Positions 29,590-40,165 of a stretch of 64,000 nucleotides of DNA are shown here, in pieces. The notes beneath the pieces were generated by a model that made no database searches, was not told the origin of the DNA, and worked only from the letters and a program-made list of their open reading frames with translations. The DNA comes from Candidatus Hadarchaeum sp. Lineage in GTDB: Archaea; Hadarchaeota; Hadarchaeia; Hadarchaeales; Hadarchaeaceae. The position numbers were made by a program, and so were the translations under genes. The stretch is from positions 1-64,000 of the forward strand of contig NZ_JAVZIN010000004.1 of NCBI RefSeq assembly GCF_038871235.1, written 5' to 3'. Position 1 is the first letter of the stretch, and every line of letters starts with the position of its first letter.

Positions 29590-29745
29590 GGGGCCGTGGT
29601 GTAGCTTGGCTAGCACTCCAGCACTGTCTGGGCTAAAAGCAGGCTCCAGTGGACCGTCGTGGGTCTGCTGACGTAAGGATGATGACCCATTGGAGCGGTG
29701 CGATGAGACCTGCGAACCCGGGTTCAAATCCTGGCGGCCCCACCA
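29590..29745 (+). tRNA. tRNA-Trp(CCA) with two introns: 25/26 (29617-29637) and 37/38 (29650-29707)
   Basis: Acceptor GGGGCCG/CGGCCCC plus A-CCA; spliced anticodon arm GCAGG-CT-CCA-GA-CCTGC; intron 1 has a strict BHB (TAGC/GCTA central, CCAG/CTGG inner). Confidence 0.9.
29650..29707 (+). ncRNA. Intron-encoded box C/D guide RNA of tRNA-Trp
   Basis: Guide GTGGGTCTG plus box CTGA (29668-29671) places C39 at the +5 position; ATGATGA 29679-29685; second guide CCATTGGAGC complementary to GCTCCAGTGG. Confidence 0.75.
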
Positions 29746-29816
29746 TAACTAATTTCTATCACCATCACCACAACAACTTTCTTAAGTAGCGGTAGGAATA
29801 TGTGTTGAGGCATATT

Positions 29817-31079
29817 ATGGGAGCGAGAATATCGAGCTTGAAGGCAAGAAAAATATTAGACAGCCGGGGTAATCCCACCATTGAGGTAGTGGTCGGTATC
29901 CGCGATAATGGGGGAGATTTGTTCTTTGGTAGGGCAGCGGCACCGAGCGGGGCGAGCAAGGGCAGGCTTGAAGCGGTGGACTTTCCCGTAGGCGGCGTAG
30001 ACAAGGCGCTGGAAAAAGTCGTTGAAATTGCACCCAAGTTGTCTGGGATCGATGCCTTTGATCAGGTTAAGGTTGATGAAACTCTTCGCGAGCTTGATGG
30101 GACACCAAATTTGTCAGTTCTAGGTGGCAATACTACCGTGGCCATTTCCATGGCAGTGGCCAAGGCGGCTGCTTCGGCCAGAAAAATGCCGCTTTATCAG
30201 CATCTTGGCGGAAATGGAGGGTTTGAGCTTCCCTATCCTCTGGGGAATGTCATTGGTGGAGGAAAACATGCGGGAGGATATGCCCCGGACATCCAGGAAT
30301 ACCTAGTAATAGCTACCGGGGCGAGAAAGACTTCAGAGGCCATTTTTATCAATGCTAGAGTTCACAAGAAAGTTGGCGAAATGCTCAGCGAGGCAAATAG
30401 CTCATTTACTCGGGGAAAGAGTGACGAAGGCGCTTGGTCACCCAATATTTGTAATGAGGGCGCACTTGAGTTTTTGGCTAGGGCCTGTGAGCTGGTCAGC
30501 GACGAGACCGGCGTTGAGGTGAGGCCAGCGTTAGATGTTGCGGCGAGCAGCTTCTATGATAGCGAGAAAGATCTATATGTTTACAAGCGAGAGGCAGTGA
30601 CACGAGATCGGGGAGAGCAGCTCGATTTTATTCTCGGCTTGATTGAAAAGTTTAAGCTCTTTTTCGTTGAGGATCCCCTTCACGAGGGAGACTTTGAGGG
30701 ATTCGCCGAGCTGACAAAAAAGGTTGGAAATGAATGTCTCATCTGTGGCGATGACATTTTTGTAACCAACGTCGAAAGGATTGAGATCGGGATCAGGTCC
30801 AAGGCCGCTAACGCGATCATCATCAAACCAAACCAGATTGGGACGCTGACCGATACCTTTAAAGCGGTAGAGCTGGCAAGGCGAAATAAATACGTGCCGG
30901 TAATCTCTCACCGCTCTGGGGAAACCACGGATGAGACGATTGCCCACCTTGCAGTGGCGTGGCATTGTCCGATGATAAAAACGGGTGTGGTTGGCGGTGA
31001 GAGAATCGCTAAGCTTAATGAACTAATCCGCATAGAAGAAGAATTGGAAAATAAAGCAAGGATGAGTAGATTGAGATGA
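29817..31079 (+). CDS. eno: Enolase
   Basis: [35 protein letters not shown]. Confidence 0.96.
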   Translation: MGARISSLKARKILDSRGNPTIEVVVGIRDNGGDLFFGRAAAPSGASKGRLEAVDFPVGGVDKALEKVVEIAPKLSGIDAFDQVKVDETLRELDGTPNLSVLGGNTTVAISMAVAKAAASARKMPLYQHLGGNGGFELPYPLGNVIGGGKHAGGYAPDIQEYLVIATGARKTSEAIFINARVHKKVGEMLSEANSSFTRGKSDEGAWSPNICNEGALEFLARACELVSDETGVEVRPALDVAASSFYDSEKDLYVYKREAVTRDRGEQLDFILGLIEKFKLFFVEDPLHEGDFEGFAELTKKVGNECLICGDDIFVTNVERIEIGIRSKAANAIIIKPNQIGTLTDTFKAVELARRNKYVPVISHRSGETTDETIAHLAVAWHCPMIKTGVVGGERIAKLNELIRIEEELENKARMSRLR

Positions 31080-31705
31080 ATGAGGCAGAATTTGGCGAGG
31101 GAGCGGCAGGTCTGATAGAATTTGATGTCTACCTGTCGAGCGGAGTGCACATAGGTACTAGGCAGAAGACCGGAGCCATGTCACCCTTCATCTTCCGGGC
31201 TAGGCCTGATGGACTTTATGTTTTGGATATAAGGAAGACGGATGAGCGCATAGCCGTGGCTGGAAAGTTCTTGGCAAGATTTAACAAGTCCAAGATCGTT
31301 GTCGCTGCTGCGAGACAGTATGGACAGCGGCCGGCGCAGCGTTTTTGTGAGGTCACTGGAGCCATACCGATGATTGGGAGATTCATCCCGGGGACCTTCA
31401 CCAACACCCACTATAAGGGATACATGGAACCCGAGGTATTGGTCATTGCTGACCCGATAGCGGATGAACAGCCGCTTCGGGAAGCGGCTCAGGTGGGTAT
31501 TCCCGTGGTGGGGCTTTGTGATACCGATAACGAAACAGCGGACGTTGACTTGGTGATTCCTACCAATAACAAGGGACGCAAGGCGCTGGCGTTGGTTTTT
31601 TGGTTACTCGCCAGGCAGGTTCTCAGGGAGAGAGGTGAACTTTTACCAGACCAGCCGTTCGGAGTCCAGGTTGAGGAGTTCGAAACAAAGGCTGGCGGTG
31701 AATAG
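31076..31705 (+). CDS. rps2: 30S ribosomal protein S2
   Basis: [23 protein letters not shown]. Confidence 0.96.
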   Translation: MNEAEFGEGAAGLIEFDVYLSSGVHIGTRQKTGAMSPFIFRARPDGLYVLDIRKTDERIAVAGKFLARFNKSKIVVAAARQYGQRPAQRFCEVTGAIPMIGRFIPGTFTNTHYKGYMEPEVLVIADPIADEQPLREAAQVGIPVVGLCDTDNETADVDLVIPTNNKGRKALALVFWLLARQVLRERGELLPDQPFGVQVEEFETKAGGE

Positions 31706-32545
31706 TTGAGACCACCTGTGGTTGCAGGCCAGTTTTATGCAGGCACAAGATCGGAGCTGTTGAGGCAGATAGAGCAGTGTTATCTCAGCAGGTATGGGCC
31801 AGGTAAGCTGCCAAAGGTGGGTAAGAGGATGATGAGAACGATAGGGCTGGTTTCTCCGCATGCGGGCTACATGTACTCAGGACCGGTTGCTGCTCACGGC
31901 TTTTTCCGAGTTGCCGCGGATGGTCTTCCTGCTAGTGTCATCATTTTGGGCCCAAATCACACCGGCGCCGGGTCCGGAGTTTCGATAATGACATCGGGAA
32001 AATGGAAAACCCCCTTGGGTGAGGTTCAAGTCGACGAGGATTTGAGTAACAGGATAAGGATCGCCTCGGATATCATCGATGACGACGCTGTGGCCCACGC
32101 TTACGAGCACTCAATTGAAGTGCAGCTACCGTTTCTCCAGCATCTCTTTGGAGGCGAGTTCAAGATAGTTCCCATCTGTATGATGCTGCAAGATGAGAGG
32201 ACAAGCTTGGAGGTTGGAGATGCGATAGCCGGGGCCGCTGCGGAAAAGGACGTTCTCATTATAGCTTCAACCGATTTCACTCACTATGAGCCGCAAAGGA
32301 CGGCCGTGGAGAAGGACAGAAAGGTAATTGAAAAGATAATAGGGATGGACCCTCGTGGCGTGATTAGGACAGTGGATGAGGAAGGGATCACTATGTGTGG
32401 TTACGGTCCTGTGTCTGCGATGTTACAAGCCGCGAAAAAGCTTGGGGCGACAAAGGCGGAACTGCTCAAGTATGCCACCAGCGGCGATACGGCAGGTCCG
32501 ATGGCCCAAGTGGTCGGATATGCTTCAATCGCTGTCTCAAAGTGA
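31706..32545 (+). CDS. MEMO1 family protein
   Basis: RPPVVAGQFY, PHAGYMYSG, EHSIEVQLPFLQ, STDFTHY, TMCGYGP. Confidence 0.93.
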   Translation: MRPPVVAGQFYAGTRSELLRQIEQCYLSRYGPGKLPKVGKRMMRTIGLVSPHAGYMYSGPVAAHGFFRVAADGLPASVIILGPNHTGAGSGVSIMTSGKWKTPLGEVQVDEDLSNRIRIASDIIDDDAVAHAYEHSIEVQLPFLQHLFGGEFKIVPICMMLQDERTSLEVGDAIAGAAAEKDVLIIASTDFTHYEPQRTAVEKDRKVIEKIIGMDPRGVIRTVDEEGITMCGYGPVSAMLQAAKKLGATKAELLKYATSGDTAGPMAQVVGYASIAVSK

Positions 32546-32549
32546 TGCG

Positions 32550-33338
32550 ATGAAACTCTTGATTGTGAAATTAGGAGGAAGTGTGATCACAGATAAAAGA
32601 AAACCGTTCGCCATCAAGCATACCGTTGTCAAAAGGCTGGCAAAGGAGTTGAAAGGGGTTCCGGGGCCTCTTGTCATAGTGCATGGGGGCGGTTCCTTTG
32701 GACACCCTTTAGCTCTGAAGTACAGGATTGCTGATGGATATCGTGAAAAGGACCAGCTCATGGGAGTTTCTCTCACCCATCTGGCCATGGAAAAACTGAA
32801 CAAATATTTGATCGAAGCCCTGCAGAAAGAAGGCATACCTGCGATTGCCTTTCAGCCCTCAGCCTGCGTTCTATCTTCTGATGGCCGGATTAAATCTATG
32901 GAGCTTGGGCCGCTGAGGAGGATATTGGCGCTGGGGCTGGTCCCCGTTCTCTATGGCGATGTGGTCTTTGATGTTAAAAAGGGCTTTAGCATACTTTCTG
33001 GGGATCAGCTGGTCTCCTATCTGGCGAGAAAGTTGGGTGCTACGCGGGTGGTGTTTGGAGTTGATGTTGATGGGGTTTACACGTCCTGTCCTAAAAGAAA
33101 TGACCGGGCCGAGTTGTTGCGGGTGATAACTCCATCTGACGTGAAGCTGGTGGCTTCTATGGAGAAAGATGAAACCGGCGACGTGACGGGGGGTATGCAG
33201 GCCAAGGTGCGGGAACTGCTCGAGCTGGCAAAATTTGGCGTAGAGGCGGAAATAGTAAATGCAGCCAGAGCCAATGTTCTTAAGGAAGCGCTTCGGGGTA
33301 AAAGAGGTCTGGGGACAATAGTAACTGGGGGTAAATAA
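32550..33338 (+). CDS. ipk: Isopentenyl phosphate kinase
   Basis: [34 protein letters not shown]; start ATG 32550. Confidence 0.92.
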   Translation: MKLLIVKLGGSVITDKRKPFAIKHTVVKRLAKELKGVPGPLVIVHGGGSFGHPLALKYRIADGYREKDQLMGVSLTHLAMEKLNKYLIEALQKEGIPAIAFQPSACVLSSDGRIKSMELGPLRRILALGLVPVLYGDVVFDVKKGFSILSGDQLVSYLARKLGATRVVFGVDVDGVYTSCPKRNDRAELLRVITPSDVKLVASMEKDETGDVTGGMQAKVRELLELAKFGVEAEIVNAARANVLKEALRGKRGLGTIVTGGK

Positions 33339-33339
33339 A

Positions 33340-34422
33340 TTGGCAGATAAAACCAGCGGCAGGAAAGATGATCATATAAAAATATGTCTCAAAGAAGATG
33401 TTGAAAGCATCCTTAAAGACACGGGATTTAATGACGTAGAGTTGGTGCACAAAGCCTTGCCTGAGATGAATTTTGGTGATGTTGATCTCACGACTAGCTT
33501 TCTCGGTTTCAAACTCAGCGCCCCCATCATGATTGCTTCGATGACTGGGGGGAGCGCGCAGGGGAAACGATTCAACACTATTCTAGCTTCCGCCGCTCAG
33601 GAGTTGGGTATAGGATTTGGGGTCGGCAGTCAGAGGGCAGCGATCGAGAACCCCAAATTGGCCGACACCTTTAAGGTGAGATCTGTGGCACCTGATGTTT
33701 TTCTGGTGGGCAACCTCGGGATGGCGCAGCTAGCCCAAGGCTATGGTGTCGCCGAAGCGCGAAGGGCAGTTGAGATGATCGATGCTGACGCGCTTTCCAT
33801 CCACATGAATCCGTTACAGGAGTTGGTTCAGCCGGAAGGTGAACCCAGATATCGGGGCGCTTTGGAGAAGTTCTCCAAGGTCTGTGATAGTTTAGATGTT
33901 CCAGTTATTGCTAAAGAAACTGGCTGTGGAATAAGCGCTGAGGTGGCCAAGGAACTTGTCGAGGCCGGAGCTTCAGCCGTTGACGTCAGCGGCGCTGGAG
34001 GCACTTCGTGGGCGGGCGTGGAAGCTTTAAGGGCACCCTATGGTTCTGTTGTTGGGATAACCTTCTGGGATTGGGGCATACCCACCGTCGTTAGCACTGC
34101 GGAGGTTTGTATGGCGGTCAGCGTGCCGGTGATATCAAGCGGTGGCATCCGTTCGGGGCTCGATGCGGCAAAGGCTTTGGCGCTAGGCGCCGATCTGGTG
34201 GGAATTGCTTTACCAGTTCTTCGAGCCGCACACGATGGTAAAAAAGCGGTCATTAGCTTTCTCAACGACTTCATGGCGGAACTCAGGGCGGCGATGTTTT
34301 TGACTGGGTGCAAACGAGTAGCAGACCTGCGCAGAGCCGGTTTAATAGTAACCGGAAGAACATGGGAGTGGCTCACAGCTCGCGGCTTCAGTCCGAAGAG
34401 ATTGGGGAGGCGAAGACAATGA
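33340..34422 (+). CDS. fni: Type 2 isopentenyl-diphosphate delta-isomerase
   Basis: [37 protein letters not shown]. Confidence 0.95.
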   Translation: MADKTSGRKDDHIKICLKEDVESILKDTGFNDVELVHKALPEMNFGDVDLTTSFLGFKLSAPIMIASMTGGSAQGKRFNTILASAAQELGIGFGVGSQRAAIENPKLADTFKVRSVAPDVFLVGNLGMAQLAQGYGVAEARRAVEMIDADALSIHMNPLQELVQPEGEPRYRGALEKFSKVCDSLDVPVIAKETGCGISAEVAKELVEAGASAVDVSGAGGTSWAGVEALRAPYGSVVGITFWDWGIPTVVSTAEVCMAVSVPVISSGGIRSGLDAAKALALGADLVGIALPVLRAAHDGKKAVISFLNDFMAELRAAMFLTGCKRVADLRRAGLIVTGRTWEWLTARGFSPKRLGRRRQ

Positions 34423-35744
34423 GCGTTGAAGTGCTTCCCATCGGCGGTTTAGGTGAAGTGGGTAAAAACATGACGGCGCTGGGCTTCGATGGAAACTACA
34501 TCATCGTTGATATGGGGATAAGACTGGACAGCATCATGGCCTTTGAGGAGGCGGAGATAGGAAAGATGAGCCGGGAGGAGCTAATCAATATTAACGGCAT
34601 CCCTGATGATAATATCCTCCACGGGCGAAAGGTTAAGGCAATTATCCTTACCCATGGTCATCTTGATCACATTGGTGCTGTGGGGAAGCTGGCCTATGCC
34701 TACAACGCCCCCATCTACGGAACCCCCTTCACGATTGAGTTGACCCGAAGACTATTGCGTGAGGAAAGCGGGGTCAAATTAAAGAACGAGCTCATCACAA
34801 TTAATCCAGGGGACTCGATAAGAACCCATGGAATTGATATTGAGTTCATTAACGCCACTCATAGCATCCTGCACACGGTCTTTGTTTTGGCTAAACGAGA
34901 CGGTGACTCGGTGCTTTTTGCTAGCGATTTCAAGTTGGATGAACAACCTCTGCTGGGGGAGAAAACCGACTTAGCTAGGTTGAGACGTTTGGCCAGTGAA
35001 GGTCTCTTGGCTGCCTTGATTGGTGCGATTAGACTGGATGAGCCGGGACCGACAAAATCAGAGGCGCATGCCCGCCAGATGCTAAAGGAGGTAATGGGTG
35101 AAGCTTGTTCCAATAATGGTCTAGTTATCGCCACGACCTTTTCCTCCCACATCGTCAGGTTGAAGTCCATTGTGGACCTTGCGTTTGATATTGGCCGCAC
35201 CCCCGTTCTCGTTGGCCGTTCGCTACGGAATTACTGCACAGCCGCGATGGATCTGGGCTTGGTGGACTTTCCTCCTGAGCTGAGCATTCACGGGCGTCCG
35301 AATGCGGTGTACAATTTGTTGAGGGAGATAAACAAGTCCCGTTCTGATTATGTGCTTGTTTGTACGGGACACCAAGGGGAGCCCACTTCGGTGTTGTCAA
35401 AGATAGCGAACGGCCAGCTGCCTCTAGATATCCGTGATGGTGATGAGGTGATCTTTTCTGCCAGCGTTATACCTAATCCAATAAATGAATCCAATCGGGA
35501 GCTACTCGAGACTAAACTGATGGCAAAAGGGGCCCACATTTACCGTGGCGTGCACGTTTCTGGACATGCGGGCAGGGTGGATACTGCCGAGTTCATAGAG
35601 ACGATTAAACCTGACCATTTGATCCCATGTCACAGCACCTTTGACAAGCTTCGATTGTTGTTTGAACTTGGCCGGGAACTTGGATATGATGACAACAGGC
35701 TGCACCAGCTCAGGAATGGTACTTCCCTAATTTTGGGTGATTGA
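34419..35744 (+). CDS. rnj: Archaeal RNase J (beta-CASP)
   Basis: [34 protein letters not shown]. Confidence 0.9.
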   Translation: MSVEVLPIGGLGEVGKNMTALGFDGNYIIVDMGIRLDSIMAFEEAEIGKMSREELININGIPDDNILHGRKVKAIILTHGHLDHIGAVGKLAYAYNAPIYGTPFTIELTRRLLREESGVKLKNELITINPGDSIRTHGIDIEFINATHSILHTVFVLAKRDGDSVLFASDFKLDEQPLLGEKTDLARLRRLASEGLLAALIGAIRLDEPGPTKSEAHARQMLKEVMGEACSNNGLVIATTFSSHIVRLKSIVDLAFDIGRTPVLVGRSLRNYCTAAMDLGLVDFPPELSIHGRPNAVYNLLREINKSRSDYVLVCTGHQGEPTSVLSKIANGQLPLDIRDGDEVIFSASVIPNPINESNRELLETKLMAKGAHIYRGVHVSGHAGRVDTAEFIETIKPDHLIPCHSTFDKLRLLFELGRELGYDDNRLHQLRNGTSLILGD

Positions 35745-36744
35745 TGTGGATGTATTGAAGTATCTGGAAGAATGTGCGGCTTTGGTTGAGCCTGAGATCA
35801 ATCGCTGGATACCAAGGGAGGTTCAGCCTGAGGTGTTGGTCAGGGCCATGCGACATTTGATTGAGGCCGGCGGAAAAAGGCTGCGCCCCTGTTTGACTAT
35901 GACTGCCTGCGAAGCAGTTGGTGGTAAAAAGGAGGACGCAATCGAGACAGCCGCTGCTTTGGAGCTGTTTCACAACTTCACCCTGATTCACGATGATATC
36001 ATGGATCACGATGAGTTCCGAAGGAACGTTAAAACCGTACATGTCATCTGGGGTGAGCCAATAGCGATAATCGCTGGGGATGCGTTGTTTGCTAAGGTTT
36101 TTGAAGCAGCAGCGGCAAATGCCAGCCGGCTTGGGATGAACTTGGAAAGAACGGTGGAACTGTTCAACACATTGAGCAGGGCGAGCTTTGAGCTATGTCA
36201 GGGACAGGTGCTTGACATGTTGTTTGAAAAACGTGATGACGTCACCGAAGAGGAATACATGCGGATGATCAGTGGCAAGACTGGGGCCCTTACTGAAGCG
36301 GCCACAAGGGTCGGTGCCCTGTTGGGAAATGCCTCGAGAGAAAAAATTCAAGCGCTTTCCAGTTATGGTCGGCTGATTGGGGTGGCTTTTCAGATGCAGG
36401 ATGATCTCTTGGGAGTCTTGGGTAAGCAGGAAAAGTTTGGAAAGCCCATAGGCAGCGATATAAGAGAAGGAAAGAGAACATTGATAATTGTAAAGGCCCT
36501 CACCTCAGCCCCGGAACGGGAAAAGAGAATTTTATTGAAAGCTTTTGGAAAGAGCAATGCGACTAATGAGGAGATTCGTAAGGCGATAGAAGTTCTGAAA
36601 AAAGTTGGGGCCGTTGAGTATGTCGCCGAGAAAGCCCGCAAAATGGTTGCTAAAGCAAAAATGAAACTGAAAGTTCTGCCTGACTCAAAGGCTAAGGAGG
36701 CGTTACTTGGGATTGCTGATTTTGTTGTTGAACGGGAATTCTGA
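35737..36744 (+). CDS. idsA: Geranylgeranyl diphosphate synthase (polyprenyl synthetase)
   Basis: GGKRLRP, FTLIHDDIMD, GQVLD, KTG, FQMQDD, SDIREGK. Confidence 0.93.
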   Translation: MIDVDVLKYLEECAALVEPEINRWIPREVQPEVLVRAMRHLIEAGGKRLRPCLTMTACEAVGGKKEDAIETAAALELFHNFTLIHDDIMDHDEFRRNVKTVHVIWGEPIAIIAGDALFAKVFEAAAANASRLGMNLERTVELFNTLSRASFELCQGQVLDMLFEKRDDVTEEEYMRMISGKTGALTEAATRVGALLGNASREKIQALSSYGRLIGVAFQMQDDLLGVLGKQEKFGKPIGSDIREGKRTLIIVKALTSAPEREKRILLKAFGKSNATNEEIRKAIEVLKKVGAVEYVAEKARKMVAKAKMKLKVLPDSKAKEALLGIADFVVEREF

Positions 36745-36788
36745 TAGTTTTGGCCCAGATTTTTCCCAAGAAACCTAAAGGGGGTAAA

Positions 36789-38480
36789 TTGGTGGAAGAA
36801 ATTAAAAGGACAGTGCTGAGGTGGACATTAGCCAACGCGACCGAGCATGGGGGAAAGGCTAGCTCCAAAGCAGTCATGGGTAAGATACTTGCCGAATTGC
36901 CGGGCTGGAAGTCGAGAATCGTAGAACTCTCGATCCTTGTCGATCAAATTGTTGATGAGGTTAACAGAATGAGTCCTGAGGAACAACAGTTTCAGATAAA
37001 GAAGGTTGGCCTCCCTGAGAGAAAGTCGGAGGAGAGGCGTGGACTGCCGGATCTGCCTAGTTTACAAGAGTACAAGACAATTGTGACTAGGTTTGCCCCT
37101 AACCCCAATGGTCCCTTGCATATCGGGCACATCAGGGCGGCACTTCTCAGTCACGAATATGCCCGGCGTTATCAAGGAAAGTTCATCCTGAGATTTGAGG
37201 ATACTAACCCTGAAAACGCGATGCTGGAAATGTATGAATTCATAAAGCGTGATTTGAGATGGCTGGGTCTCAACTGGGATGAGGAATACTATCAGTCAGA
37301 TCGCGTTGAAATCTACTACCACCACGCCGAACAGCTTATTAAAAGTGAAAAAGCCTACGTGTGCGATTGCGATGTCGAGATTTTTAGAAAGCTTCGTGAT
37401 TCAGGTCAGCCGTGTCCCTGCCGTGGTCTTTCCGCTTCCGAGAATTTAATTAGATGGCAAAAAATGCTTGCCGGCGGTTATACGGAGGGAGGAGCCGTTG
37501 TTCGAATAAAAACAGATTTAAAACACCCCAATCCAGCGGTTCGTGATTGGCCAGCGTTGCGAATCGTCAAAGCCCCTCACCCGAGGGTCGGTAAGAAATA
37601 TCCTGTTTGGCCCCTCTATAATTTTTCCGCAGGGATAGATGATCACCTTATGGAAGTGACTCATGTTATCCGGGGCAAGGAGCATGAGGTAAATGAAGAG
37701 CGCCAGCGGATTATGTATGAACATTTTGGATGGAGATATCCGACCGCGGTTCAGTACGGTCGACTGTCGATGCCCGGCGTCGAACTGAGCAAAACTCAGA
37801 CGATGGAAATGATCAGAAGTGGTCGGTTGTCTGGTTTTGACGATGTTAGGCTTGCGACCATAGCCGCTCTGCGCAGACGCGGGTTTCTGTCGGCCGCCAT
37901 AAGGCAGATGATTTTTGACATTGGACTTACCCCTGTTGATGCCTCCTTGAGTTGGGAAACTCTTTATGCGTACAACAGGAAAATTCTGGATCCAATCGCC
38001 GGTCGTTATTTCTTTGTGGCAAATCCAGTTAAATTGCTTGTTCGTGGTGGACCTAAGTTGAAGGAAGCCAGATTGCGCTTGCACCCGGGCAAGCCGGAGA
38101 TGGGGGAACGCGTGCTTCCGCTGAGTTTTGAAAATAGCAGCTTAGTTTTTTACATCTCTAGAAGTGACGCTTCTGTTTTAAAAGTTGGAGATACCTTTAG
38201 GCTGAAAGACCTGATGAACGTTAAGCTTGAGAGCATGGACTCGGTGTTTGGGGCATCATTTCACAGCTTGGAAGTTATGGACGTGCCAAAGTTCCAATGG
38301 GTTTCTGGAGGAGCCGTTGTCCTCGAGGTGATTAAGCCAGATGCATCGGTGGAAACCGGGCTTGCTGAGCCTTCCGTGGCAGCTCTGAAGGTCGGCGATA
38401 TCGTTCAGCTGGAGAGGTATGGTTTCGTTAGAATTGACTCAACGATACCGAAATTGACTGCCATATATGCGCACAGATGA
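36789..38480 (+). CDS. gltX: Glutamyl-tRNA synthetase
   Basis: RFAPNPNGPLHIGH, RFEDT, THVIRGKEH, QLERYGF; ORF open from 36750. Confidence 0.95.
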   Translation: MVEEIKRTVLRWTLANATEHGGKASSKAVMGKILAELPGWKSRIVELSILVDQIVDEVNRMSPEEQQFQIKKVGLPERKSEERRGLPDLPSLQEYKTIVTRFAPNPNGPLHIGHIRAALLSHEYARRYQGKFILRFEDTNPENAMLEMYEFIKRDLRWLGLNWDEEYYQSDRVEIYYHHAEQLIKSEKAYVCDCDVEIFRKLRDSGQPCPCRGLSASENLIRWQKMLAGGYTEGGAVVRIKTDLKHPNPAVRDWPALRIVKAPHPRVGKKYPVWPLYNFSAGIDDHLMEVTHVIRGKEHEVNEERQRIMYEHFGWRYPTAVQYGRLSMPGVELSKTQTMEMIRSGRLSGFDDVRLATIAALRRRGFLSAAIRQMIFDIGLTPVDASLSWETLYAYNRKILDPIAGRYFFVANPVKLLVRGGPKLKEARLRLHPGKPEMGERVLPLSFENSSLVFYISRSDASVLKVGDTFRLKDLMNVKLESMDSVFGASFHSLEVMDVPKFQWVSGGAVVLEVIKPDASVETGLAEPSVAALKVGDIVQLERYGFVRIDSTIPKLTAIYAHR

Positions 38481-38577
38481 GTGTTGAGCTGGGTTTTGGT
38501 CCGCTAAATTTTAAAAATCGGGATACAACACTCTTTTAACGGCAGCCTGCATAATAAAAATTACCAAAAACCGTTGA

Positions 38578-38604
38578 ATGATGAGGTCTAAACTGAAGGA
38601 GGTG
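38578..38604 (+). promoter_or_regulatory. Box C/D (K-turn/K-loop) element abutting the rpl7ae Shine-Dalgarno
   Basis: ATGATGA (38578-38584), 8 nt, CTGA (38593-38596), then AGGAGGTG. Confidence 0.6.
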
Positions 38605-38610
38605 TTTGGA

Positions 38611-38982
38611 GTGGCCAAACCGATATATGTGCGCTTCGAGGTCCCGAAGGAGCTGGCGGATAGAGTATATGGGGCGGTAGAGGTCGCAAGGGATACAGGG
38701 AAGCTCAGAAAAGGGACCAATGAAGTTACTAAAGCCATAGAACGCAAGCAGGCAAAGCTAGTTGTGATAGCTGAGGATGTTGAGCCAGCTGAAATAGTGG
38801 CCCATCTCGTTCCACTTTCTGAGGAAAAAGGAATTCCATATGTATACGTTCCGAGCAAGCGGGAGCTGGGTGCCGCCGCCGGTCTGGAAGTTGGTTCATC
38901 GGCTGTTGCCATAGTCGATGCCGGACAGGCGGCAAATGCGGTGAAGGACATAATCGAGAGCATCAAACAGCTTAAGAAGTGA
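38611..38982 (+). CDS. rpl7ae: Ribosomal protein L7Ae
   Basis: [30 protein letters not shown]; GTG 38611 after GGAGGTG. Confidence 0.96.
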   Translation: MAKPIYVRFEVPKELADRVYGAVEVARDTGKLRKGTNEVTKAIERKQAKLVVIAEDVEPAEIVAHLVPLSEEKGIPYVYVPSKRELGAAAGLEVGSSAVAIVDAGQAANAVKDIIESIKQLKK

Positions 38983-38987
38983 CGATA

Positions 38988-39206
38988 ATGCCAGTCGAAG
39001 CAGACATGGGCTTTCCAGCAGAAGTTATCGAGATTCGTGCGCGTACCGGTGTCACCGGCGAAATAATGCAGGTTAGGTGCAGGGTGCTGGAAGGTCGTGA
39101 TAAAGGCCGAATCATAACGAGGAATGTGAAGGGCCCGGTTAGAGTGGGCGACATTTTGATGCTTAGGGAAACGGAGCGCGAGGCCAAGGAGATAAGGGTG
39201 CCTTAG
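38988..39206 (+). CDS. rps28e: 30S ribosomal protein S28e
   Basis: [26 protein letters not shown]. Confidence 0.96.
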   Translation: MPVEADMGFPAEVIEIRARTGVTGEIMQVRCRVLEGRDKGRIITRNVKGPVRVGDILMLRETEREAKEIRVP

Positions 39207-39395
39207 ATGCCGGTGGCGAGAAAGTGTTCCTTCTGCGGCGGTCGAGTTGAGCCAGGCTCAGGGCTGATGTTTGTGAAGCGTGATGGTTCCATATTATTTT
39301 TTTGTTCTAGCAAATGTAGGCGCAACTTTTCCTTGGGACGAAAGCCAGCTCATCTGAAATGGACTCAGAGATCGAAATCCGGTGGTAAGGGTTGA
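39207..39395 (+). CDS. rpl24e: 50S ribosomal protein L24e
   Basis: [22 protein letters not shown]. Confidence 0.96.
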   Translation: MPVARKCSFCGGRVEPGSGLMFVKRDGSILFFCSSKCRRNFSLGRKPAHLKWTQRSKSGGKG

Positions 39396-39790
39396 ACGAG
39401 CAGACCTTCGTGATGATAAAGCCGGACGGGGTCAGAAAGGGACTGATCGATGAGATAATCTTCCGTATCCAGAGAGCCGGATTAAAGGTAGTTGCGCAGC
39501 GTCGTTTGAAAATGGATCGGGGGTTGGCTGAAAGGCTTTATTCTGTTCATAAAGACAAACCATTTTTTGAGAGATTGGTGGATCATGTGCTTTCAGGTGA
39601 GGTCGTGGTTATGCTCGTGGAAGGGGAAAATGCAGTTTTAAGGACGAGGGAGCTGATAGGGGCAACAGACCCCGCAAAAGCCGCGAAGGGAACAATACGT
39701 GGTGATTTCGCCTCCAGCGTCACTGAAAACATCATTCATGCGGCAGATTCCCCTGAAAACGCCAGACGTGAAGCTTCGCTATTCTTTTAG
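39392..39790 (+). CDS. ndk: Nucleoside diphosphate kinase
   Basis: [24 protein letters not shown]. Confidence 0.96.
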   Translation: MNEQTFVMIKPDGVRKGLIDEIIFRIQRAGLKVVAQRRLKMDRGLAERLYSVHKDKPFFERLVDHVLSGEVVVMLVEGENAVLRTRELIGATDPAKAAKGTIRGDFASSVTENIIHAADSPENARREASLFF

Positions 39791-39844
39791 TTTATCCCAT
39801 AAATCGAGAATTTGCTGGCAGCTGGTATTTTTTGACTTGTAGTT

Positions 39845-40063
39845 TTAGCCTCCAGCCAAAGGTACAACTCTAATGACTTTTTTCTTATCGACATTGACAA
39901 ATCCAAAATTTTTAGCATATAACTTATTTCCTATTACGCAAACACCCTCGCCCGGGATGTACTCGCCTTTTTTCGCCAGTTCCATTCCAGGCGATACCCA
40001 AATATAGTCAGTTTCCGACTGGGGCGGCCTGCTCAGCTTTAATGTTTTTTTGGGTCTCATCAA
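39845..40063 (-). CDS. Stand-alone exosome cap (Rrp4/Csl4) N-terminal-domain-like protein
   Basis: VSPGMELA...PGEG...GNKLYAKNFGFV...IRVVPLAG matches the Rrp4 NTD pattern; TTATAAAA about 20 nt upstream. Confidence 0.65.
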   Translation of the reverse strand: MMRPKKTLKLSRPPQSETDYIWVSPGMELAKKGEYIPGEGVCVIGNKLYAKNFGFVNVDKKKVIRVVPLAGG

Positions 40064-40165
40064 TTAAAGCTTCATTATTTTTTATAAGACCTTTTTCATT
40101 CTAACAGAATTAAAAATAGGTCTGATGCTTTAAACTAGTCAGCATAAGATATTCTGGTGTTTAAG

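Noticed and set aside
24051-32545. AMMECR1 and MEMO1 as an AmmeMemoRadiSam cluster
   Set aside because: They are 7 kb apart on opposite strands with no radical SAM gene; both are ordinary archaeal core genes.
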